From Phoronis australis (Eukaryota > Animalia > Phoronida): a DNA stretch of 64,000 nt. Both the position numbers and the translations under genes were made by a program. The stretch lies in the NCBI GenBank assembly GCA_002633005.1, contig NMRA01000570.1, positions 184,572 through 248,571 of the forward strand. Direction: 5' to 3'. Shown here piece after piece: positions 54,201-64,000 of this stretch; positions within the stretch are counted from its first letter, which is position 1, and each line of letters opens with the position of its first letter. The notes under the pieces were generated by a model. The model did no database searches. It was given only the letters and a program-made list of their open reading frames with translations, and had not been told where the DNA came from.

Positions 54201-57200
54201 ATAATTTAGATATTTACAGATACAAATGGATAAATCAACACAAAAGTTACCGCATGGGCACTAAGCAACTCTAGTTGTACAGGTATTCAAAGTTTGGTAT
54301 CAAAGATTTACTCTGGGGTTTTTGTATTGTACTCACTATATTACAAATGCTGGGTTCCAATAACATGTACTGTTCAACTGGTATTAAATCCCGTCACGGT
54401 AGATTAAGCCTCCACAATAAATATAATCACATATACTTCATATAAACTGCATACATTTGAATCCCTTTTAATCGCACAAATATATCGAAAAGGCAACGAT
54501 TATTCCGTTCATCCTCTTAGAGTGTAATTTATCCACTGGTTGGCAAAGATAAATTGATAAAGAGGTACGCTAATCGCTTTGACAGACGGCAGTTTCTAGT
54601 ACAAAGGTATCGTCCACTGCTTGCAACAATAGCCTGCAGGGTCACTATCAGCTTTCTTATTGTAAGGTTATCTTGCAAAGTCAAAAGTATTTTCCCATTT
54701 TTCTAATCCCTTTGGTTTTTGAAACAAAGTTGTCAGAAAAATACATATATCACGAGTAGACCTTTCGAAGTTATCGCCAAAATTTTCCAGAGTTGTGGGA
54801 TTACTGGTTGAAACACTTTTGCACATGAAAACGATGAACTTTTGAAAGTTTCAAGCATTTTTTCAGTTCGTAACTAAGTGTAAAAAAGTTTTAAAACCAA
54901 AACCAAACTGTTGTATGACAATAAGTTTCCGTTTTCGTCAAATAAGTCGCCTAAGAATCTTACATCCGTTTCATTCCAAGAGGTATAAAATATTGGTTTT
55001 CCTCGAATTTTAACCTTTGTGTTATGCCATAAAGGAAGAGACAGTATCCTCTGATCTTTAACCTAATTTAATATTGAACCAAACTCAAATGTTGAAAAAA
55101 ACACATCCTTCTAAAAGTGATTCCCTGTGGACTGGACTACCACCCATCGAACATCTTTTCAATGCCAAATTAACTTGCATTCTGCAAAATATCTATCCAG
55201 GCCGAATTATTTTGTCCATTTATAATCTTTTTAACCATGTTACTTTATGAGCTGTAGTATAGGAAACTAAATGAACCATGTTGAGACCACGAGATAATCA
55301 GAAGCACTGTTTGATTACATAACCAACGATGTCAAAAATATGCACCCAATCCATTAGTTAGATTGCTACGTCCGTTCATTTATTAATAATAAGCGTTGTC
55401 CATGAATTAGTAATTTATTTGAAATTCGCAATAAATTTAAGTCAATATTTTGGCTTTCATATTCAATGGGGGTACATTATTAAATAAATGCTCCTGGCGG
55501 CGCTACAACGAAATCTGTACATATCGGACAAAAAACGACTTTGCTGACATGCCGTTTTAAGGTTGCGCGAACCATTTTCTTCAAAAGTTGCAGCTGCCCC
55601 TCCATGCGAAATTCTAGATCACCCATTGGGACACTTGGTCATTCGAACGGCTTACATGGAATTCGGTTACTGCGTGGCGTGGAAAATATATTATGGATGC
55701 TAGAATCTTGTGTGTTTTAAGGACTTCTTTCATTTTTATAGTTTGGAAGTAAAGTCGCGACACGGCTGGATTTGTAAGACTTTGCTTCTTGACTGAAAAA
55801 CTACAAGCATATGATTCACTGGTGCTTTTCACGTCTATATTAAAATCCTAATGTCACTGACAAAAACAAAACAACCATATGATTTAGTTGGTTTGACATT
55901 AAAATCATCGAAAATGACTTTGACACAATTCCAGTGAAATATAAATCGCATTTGATGAGCATTGAATATACGCTTACGGGCACGTGTAGAGCTGACCGTA
56001 CCCACCTGCTGACACTAACGAACACAGATTGCTACGACGTATCTTGTATGCCAAAAAGGAAGTTGTTTCTACACGTACGGGTGTTTTTTTACCCACTGTT
56101 CCTCTATTTTTAGTCGTTTCACAGCTTGTATTTGTTCGGTTACATTTAAGGAAGCCTACAGGAAAGCTATCATAACCTGAGTAGACTACCTTCTAGAAAT
56201 AAGGAATCGGTAAATGAATGAATAAAATTCGATGCATGCGGAATCTTTGCATGGAAGGTCATTTGTTAATCTTCGTAGTTTCTATTACTCTAAACATTCA
56301 CACTGGTTTGTCTTTTCAACATCCATACGACAACACATTTGAGACATAAAGGTCCAATTCATATTTTCTCCGCTTAAATTTCGTTATTAAAACGAGTTAG
56401 GTTGGTTCAGGGCGCGCGCTCCGTCTTTTCCAGTGAGTCAGGACACATCTGAAACAGAGATAGATTAAAAATTACCATGTTCTGTAATCTACGATGACTA
56501 TTACAATTTTCAGGCTCGCGTAATAACCTATGAGCAGCAAGGTGACTTCACTGAATCCCTTTAACGTTTTGGACATTGTCTAGTAGTTACAAAAATCGTT
56601 CCGATACATCACCAGCAACAGCAACCAAAGCAAACATGTCCAATGGAGCAGTCGGGAAGGTTGCTGATAATCTTATTTTCCTTCACACAATCGACATTTA
56701 TCATTCATAGATTTCAAGATTTTATGTACGTTACCACGTGCACAGAGTATTTGTAATCTCTCTTATGATATCCTTCGAAGAACTTAATCGAACGCATTCG
56801 ACAAAATCACAATAAAAGCACCCATCGGGTGTTGTAATCTTTTTTGCACCTAAGAGGCAAATACAATTGGAACTGGGGGAAGTTCCGTCTGCAAATTAAG
56901 TCTACGGGAAACGAACAAACAGCCCCTGTCAGAGAAGCTGGACTAGAAACACAAGGTCTCCCTTAAAAGGGACACATATTCATATTTTAGGTAGGCATTG
57001 CATTGACTGCAACTCCAGGTCGCCCTCAAACAAGCCAGAATTGCCGAAAACTAGTTGGTTGGCTGTACTTTTGGACCATAATTTCAGAATTGGTAGTAAA
57101 TTTTCATTCAGAATCTAATGTTGACTTCAGTTACACTGAAAGGGTCAAAAATACGAGACACAATAAAGTTTCTGGGCTGATCGGAAGGGCTTTTGATGTG

Positions 57201-58281
57201 AAATGACTGAAAAATGTCATTCTTTCCACCCAGTTTTCGACAGAGTGAAGAAAAGGTGACAAATCCAGTAATATATTTGGCTAAGCAAAACCCAGTGTGC
57301 ACTGTTTTGTGCCCCCGAACGCTACAGGCCGTTGGACGTCACTCCCTGGAACTTAGCATTGAGCAATAGAAATATTTTTTTTCTGGCCGTACATGTACTT
57401 GCACAAGCCAAAATGGTACAAGATGTTCACCTGACATCGCAAATTTTTCATTAAATAACTACGAATCTTCATTTTGTTCATATAATGAGATACAGATCTC
57501 TTGACATAATTTACCATTAATGCATTTAAAATGTGTCAGCAAACTAACAGGAGGTTCGTTTTCTGCCAGTTTGAATTCAATAGCCATTCACTACACGCGG
57601 TCATGCATGACTCCTACATACATACTGTGACATAAATAGGGCTACGCTCTCTAAGACTATTTACGAGTTTTACGTCTTAGCAAAATTTCCTACCACGAAT
57701 TAGCGAAAGACGTAAATTCACAAGCTTTCACTCGTGACTACTGTCAGTACTTCTGGTCTTTACTCAGTACTACCGGCATATGATGTAATTTAATGAATTT
57801 CACACTCAGCGTTGCTGTTGTTTTTCATCTTAGCATTATGGGACGTTTGTCGCCTCGTGGACATTCCGGAACATCACAGACTACTTGGTAACTTGTAAAA
57901 TATATGACGGGAAACAGCATGTGTCCCTGAGCTCACCGGAAACAGAACGTGATATCACTAAACAATGCCGTAAGATATTTTATCCAATCGATCACCCACA
58001 TTTATCCAATAAATAGATGGTGGAAAACCTATGCATTTCTGACAATTACAGACAAGCATCACGCAATAACAACATCGGTTTGAATCATTTGTATTCGGTA
58101 TGCGTACTTTTGAGTGTATGGCATTATCTTACACTGAAACTACGGTAATTATTAACCATAGAACTGATTCAAAAAACGTTTTTTTTTGAAAATAAAGATA
58201 AGTGAGAATGTGTGTGCACATTCAGTGATAGTCAGTGGTCTCAATGAGTGATTTCAGTTCCAAGTGAAGAGCAAGTCTTAC

Positions 58282-58791
58282 CAACGACATTCCACACCTC
58301 AACGTCTGTCCATTTAACACTTGATCCACAGTGGAGGGCACCGGAGTATGTTTGTTTGACGCAGTTACCGTTAGACAAGAAGTACTTGTTGGTGTTGTCA
58401 TAAGTGGCATTATTGGAAAAGAAGATCAGGTCGTGACCAACGCCAAAAGTTGGACCATAAGTTGCGGAATCAAACACGTTGTATTGGGATGTCTTAATAT
58501 GGTTGTACCTAGCTGACAAGCATCCTTGAACACACAACCGAAATATGAAGGCACTGGAGTCGCTCTTGTAACTTGAGGAACTCTCCCAGGACAGGGAGGT
58601 ATAACCACCAACTGCGTCATTGGATCCATAATATTTTCCGATACAGAAGGTGGCACCTTTAAAGTCACATTTATCGTGGAACGTTGACGGTGACATACCG
58701 TCTCTGGTGGCCCGGTAAAGGAGCCTAAATAATTTACCTGGTAACCACTTAGACAGTAGAGCTACTTGGTCTGAGGTCAAGAGCCTAGATT
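58282..58791 (-). CDS. TLDc-domain exon (IFI44-like type)
   Basis: LLYRATRDG..STFHDKCDFKGAT, GGYTSLSW, DSSAFIFRL, YGPTFGVGHDL, DVEVW are TLDc motifs; phase-1 acceptor tatttcag and phase-1 donor G|GTAAG; unspliced frame stops at 58241. Confidence 0.88.
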
Positions 58792-61272
58792 CTGAAATAC
58801 AACAATACATTTGAGAGTAACAGGAACTCCAAAGCCAATGTATCAACTGCTCAGCATATAGGGTGTCATTAATTGTCAGAGGTTTGGGCACAAAAGAGTT
58901 TGTTCAATTAAGCGTCATCATTAAAAGGTGAACTTTTCATAAATTACATTATTCCATGTTCTTTTTAGGTGTTTTACTGTAAAGTTCATTGCCATTCAAC
59001 TGTTGCAGCTTGTTTGTCGATGTACAGCGGGAAATGGAAATGAAAAAGTTATTCTGTTAATTCTCCGCTGATTATATTCTAGTTATTTGAAGTAACTGGA
59101 TTCTGTAATGATTTGCAACTTTGGTTAAGCGTTTTATTGAAATTGGCTTGGGGACAAACTTCTTTCAATGAGGTTTTTAACTGAAAAAAGCGGAACGAGA
59201 ATGTTTAATAAAACCTTCTGAATTATAATCACACGTTGTTTTTCATCAGTTCTCAAGTTTTATTTTGTAAGGCCAATACGTTGTGGAAAATGGCACATCT
59301 GTGTGTAGAGAAATCGAAATGAACTGTTTTCAGATTTGGCACAACTTACACTGCTCACACGTCTCGTGCATCACAGCACGAGCGCTTCTGTTTCAACTGC
59401 TGAATATTAATGTTGTTATTTTAGCTGTTCTCTGTTTTGGTGAATTGGTTAAAAAGCCTCGGTGTCTGCGTTCGAGCTGCACACCAAGCTGTTCATGACC
59501 GTTTTATTCTTGAAGCTGGGAAAATGTTGTGCAGTGAGAGTCGATTGGTCACCTTTCATTTACGTTAATTTCAATTAAAAGAACTGTTTTCTAAGTAAAA
59601 ACCAAACTGAGATTTCTCGACGGAAGAATGCAGCATTACTTCCCAGCATGAGGCTTCTCAAATTTTAGAGCAGTTTTTGTTAATTTCAGAACACCTTGCA
59701 TATTTCGGATACTAAAATTTAACTTACATGTATGCATCTTGTATTATTAAAATACTTAGACATCCCCACAAGAACCTGTCAACAGTATCCGGTTTTCAAC
59801 TTAGTCGCATGGCCTTCCTGAGTTCAGCACAATGCAACAGAAAATTACCAAAACACATTTGCCTGATTAGTCTTGAGTCTTGAGACCTTCACGGTGTATA
59901 CGTTGTCACTGATGGAAAATAAAGCAGGCTGACGTGCTTTGTTACAGCAAACATTTGTTTACACAGAAATAAAATATATCAGAGGTACACGGATTTCCAG
60001 TCTGTAGGGACTTAACACAAACCATCGAAGCCTTTCTTCGACAATTTATGTCTGTTATTTCAAGAAGTACCAGCACTTATTTAACTTTAAAAGTGAACTA
60101 GAACTATTCCTTGTATACTATTATTGCTATTTATCTTCTGGTCAAGTCCTGACTTTGACTTTTCACTCCATCAAACATCACCGCACTGTCACCTATTTTA
60201 CGACGTCCTTCATTGCGTTGGTGATGAAAATAAAAATGATTGATTGTTATCTATATATTAGTGGTGAAACGCAAAAGCAATTACAGTGGATAATGGAAGA
60301 ATGTTCGTAATGTCCAAAATTAGAAATCCATTAGTCAGTAATTTAAGGTTTGTTTTAGAACTGACCTAAGTTCCGTGGTCCTAAGGCATTACAAATACGC
60401 ATGCGCAAAACCCTTTGCTCATGTTACAGGAAGTCTGAATCATAACCCATCATTTACGAAACCTATTCAATAATTCAAGTCTTCCAAAATCAACGACTAA
60501 TATTTTCAGCATACGTCATTGTACTAGGAAACGTTCTCATTAAGTAATGTCTCGAACATAAATTTGAAACAGTCGTTTTTCACTAGCGAGACTTGTTTAA
60601 TAACGTAAGACCTGTAAGCCTGGTGCAAAAACTGAAGTTTATCTTCAAATTGACTGAAATTCAAAATTTGTCTTGAAGTTAGTTATGTCAATTTTCTTGG
60701 AACGGTCTCCAGGTCCACTGAGGGCGCTAGAGAAGGCACTTTATCCGTAATGCTTTGGTCCAGTCAAATTCATTGTCAAAACTGGCGAATGTCAAAAAAG
60801 AGTGTCTTTAAACGGACAATTTTGTGCTTTAAGAGTTGTAGTTGTTTAAATTATACACTAGTGTCTCAGTGATTGAAGTCAACAGTTTTGTCAGTTTTGC
60901 CTTACGGGCTCAATAATCATGTACATCCATTAAAGATCGTGCGCCTGCATTTGAAGCTGCATCTACATCCGAATCACAGTTTCTGAGTGTGTTTGAGTTA
61001 TATGAAACAGTTGAAGTTGGTATACCTTCAAACTGATATTCAATAGTAAATTAAAAGAAACTGAAAATGAAACATTTATTGTTTGAGACTTGTGTTGCCA
61101 CATCTTAAGTAGAAATTGTTCAACAATATTTTTTCCAGCAAACGCACTATTTTGAATATACATTTTAGACGCATGGTCTAAGTTTGCTCCTAAAACACCA
61201 TCTGAAGTTGATCTCTGCAAAGAGATGGCTCCATATAGTTGTAAAAAATTACTTATTGTAAAAATTATTTAC

Positions 61273-61633
61273 CTGGCATCGTTGTACAACTACCTAAGTT
61301 GTTCGACTCTTTTTTATAGTACTTCCAACCATTTGCAGTCACCAACGATCCTGGGGAATAGTCGTCAATACAGTATTTGTGACAGAGGTTACCACACTCA
61401 TTAAACGCGAAGGCGTCGCACGATTTGTCGCGAGAACATTCTGCAGCACATTTCAGGGAGCTGCAGACAGGGTACTGGACAACAGTCGTGTTTGGGCCTT
61501 CTACGCGCGTGTTCTCTGCGCCGTTGTGGTATCCCACACCAATTTCATGGCCTTCGAGTGTAACAAAAAACAGAACGAGAAACGCAGAAACGGCGTTGTA
61601 GATTTTGAACAGAAGCATCTGAACCAGAAGCAT
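61273..61633 (-). CDS. Signal peptide + PAN/Apple-domain exon; probably spliced to the TLDc exon
   Basis: Hydrophobic leader (VSAFLVLFFVTLEG) then SSLKCAAECSRDKSCDAFAFNECGNLC (C-x3-C-x5-C-xx-F-x-F..C); phase-1 donor CCAG|GTAAAT; upstream acceptor ~61752. Confidence 0.75.
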
Positions 61634-62723
61634 AGCCACCACCGCCTTTTCAGCCTGACACAAAACGTTGGACTATGTCGCTGCTTGGCTGTCGACTTGG
61701 CGCGATGTTTGTCAACAACGGAACTCACGTCAGTTATACTAAAATCCTCGATCTGAAAAGTTTATCAACTGATTGTCATGGTTTCAAACAATCGCCCTAA
61801 TTTTACGGGCTGTTGGTTCACTTTGTTCAGTCGGAAAGGATATGAAAAAATAATAAGCAATGTGGTCAGTATATTACTCTCAAATGAATAAAATTAGCAG
61901 AAGCAAAATTCAATACGATATTATATAATACCAAGTCCATTGGCAGTCCACCTGAACAGCAATGGTGAATCACCCGTGAACAACACTTACACAGCGAATT
62001 GCGTTCACACACAAAACCATTGCTTTTGCGACCAAAATCACAGCTCAAAAACTCATGTGACTAAGAAATATGGAAATGTGGATGAAAACTTGTTGATAAG
62101 TACACAAGCTGTGTTTGTAGTCCATGAGGTTTTTTCTTAGAAGATGCAAGATCAGGACCCATGGCTTTTAGATGAGTAGCCATGTTTTGTGAATTCACAA
62201 AATGAGCTAACAAATCCAGATGCTGTGTTCAGAGAGTCGTGCTGTTCAAGAAGTCTGATTGATACATTGCTCCACGTCAAAAATCCAGCCTGAATTTGGT
62301 GGAATTCCCAAGCCACAAATACATACGCTGTTGAGTAGCATGTTCCACTTTTTGTTGGGATGTAATATAGAACATCATGCAGCACACTTTCATGTTGACT
62401 ATTGCGTCAACCGGGAACAGCCAGTGACTAGAATGCATGTCAAAGATTATATAGTAGTAATTCCAAACTTATGGATTTTTTATGTCAAATTGACTTCAAC
62501 GCCATGCTCTAAGATCATGAACTTCATCTTCTGTTTCATCACCAGTGACTTTGGCAGCACACTTTCTCCGCACAACATAATAGCAACGATCTTCAGGCGT
62601 TGTTGGCTGTTTATCATGCCAGCCCATGCTAACATGCTGTTCTAGTTCTTTCGAGTGGCCAAAGTGCTGTTACACCCATCTTCGGGACACAAGGACATCC
62701 TCCCCTGCTGTAAGATCTTACAG

Positions 62724-62881
62724 CAGGGGATGATCCGGGATTTTGAGTTAGGGGGTAGGGGTAAGAGCAGAGTAGTTTTCCCGTCAAACATTTGCACCCC
62801 CAAGCTGCCAAATGGAATCTGGGAGAATTTTAGGCAGGGCCATGCCCCCTTGCTGCCCCCCCTTCCCCCTATCCGTCTCTG
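62724..62881 (-). mobile_element. MITE, family 1 copy c, inverted (5-bp TSD TACAG)
   Basis: Reverse complement matches copies a/b (ctcccagattccatttggcag; aactcaaaatcc.ggatc); TACAG at 62719-62723 and 62882-62886. Confidence 0.82.
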
Positions 62882-64000
62882 TACAGTGTTACAGTAGATA
62901 CTGCTGGCACCCAAATTTCACCACTTCACAGCCTACACAGTATTCATCCCCAAGAACACCACAATTTTCGACCCTACAGGTAGCCACAATTCTCAAGCTA
63001 CACCACTCACCTTGTTGACATACTAATTTTTTCTTCCCCATTTCCCTTTTTGAGGTGGGACCCCACACAAATTGAGGGTCCTAAGCCATTCAGATCACCT
63101 TGGGTATATTCGGGGCCTCAAATTTCTCATTGGAGGTAATTTAACCTGCGTGGTTATCAAACTTAGTGGAGAATAATTGACCATAAAGTTCGAGCATGCA
63201 CTAAAAACATTAACTTCCGAGGGCATCGAGAACAACTCGGGTGTTTTTGTAACCTCAAATTTCACCTACTAGGTGAATGCTCTTTGCATTTGTGCGGACT
63301 TCAGTTTGCCTATTACTGTCACTAGATTGAAAATCACGTGACTTGCAATATTTTGGATAACGTTCATCTCCGATAGATTTGTAGCTATGAAAATACCCAA
63401 GAGGTGTTCCAAATGGGCCCTAACCTTTAGTTTTGTACATAATCCGAGTACTAGAAGAATCTCCACCCATTTAGACAGTGGCTAAAAAAACATTATGTTT
63501 GTGATCCGAGGTTTAGACTTCAATAAAATTGTAGCCTAATGTTTCAATGCACAATCTTTTTATAAGAGCTAATGCTAACAAATAAATCCTTTCGTAGTAA
63601 TTCTTGGACAGATGTCTTTTTCACCCATTAAGCTTGAAGAAGTCTGCTCAGCGATTCCTGTTGTCAAAATGAGTCTGGTGTCCAAGGTTTTAAAAATACA
63701 GGTACCGTATTAAAACCCCTTTTGCAGTAGGAAAAGGTACCATTTGCAGTGTTTTTAACTTCCAGAGTGAAACCCGTTGTATTCATGGAAAAAAGTTTGC
63801 TTTGGTAGGGATTTTTTCAAGCACCATTTTGAAGAGAAATTGTTTGAGAAAAATCACCCAGTTGAGTGTCGTGACCTGTATAAACCTGTGGAAGTACCCC
63901 CTTGGAATGGTTTTAGGAGGGTACTCTGAAAGCCCAAGGATGGTGGAATGAACCCTATCCCTATACCTAACAATGTGTGTTGAACATCTTGGAAAGTACA

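Overview
Eukaryotic (invertebrate animal, AT-rich, probably lophotrochozoan; inferred from gene content) genomic scaffold with spliced genes. In order: an intronless divergent actin (-); a 4-coding-exon SCP2-type (SCPx/DAF-22-like) thiolase lacking the SCP2 domain and ending in PTS1 -SKL (+); two head-to-head 8-exon acyl-CoA oxidase paralogs (ACOX-A, -, ends -SKL; ACOX-B, +, no PTS1), both with mitochondrial-presequence-like N-termini; a 2-exon TCF21/Musculin (MyoR) bHLH gene (-); about 14 kb without recognisable genes; and a probable gene joining a signal peptide + PAN/Apple exon to an IFI44-like TLDc exon (-). Transposon remnants include three copies of a MITE with 5-bp TSDs, a Kolobok-type element, a hAT-type element, a LINE 3' end and foldback elements. 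Two ~2-kb tandem duplications meet at single Ns and are probably uncollapsed haplotypes. Best leads: a fatty-acid beta-oxidation gene cluster with possible mitochondrial/dual targeting of acyl-CoA oxidases, a four-fold in-frame duplicated splice acceptor in the thiolase, a gene-conversion tract between the ACOX paralogs, and a putatively secreted PAN-TLDc protein. All gene models were spliced by hand from GT/AG sites and frame continuity; no database searches were run.
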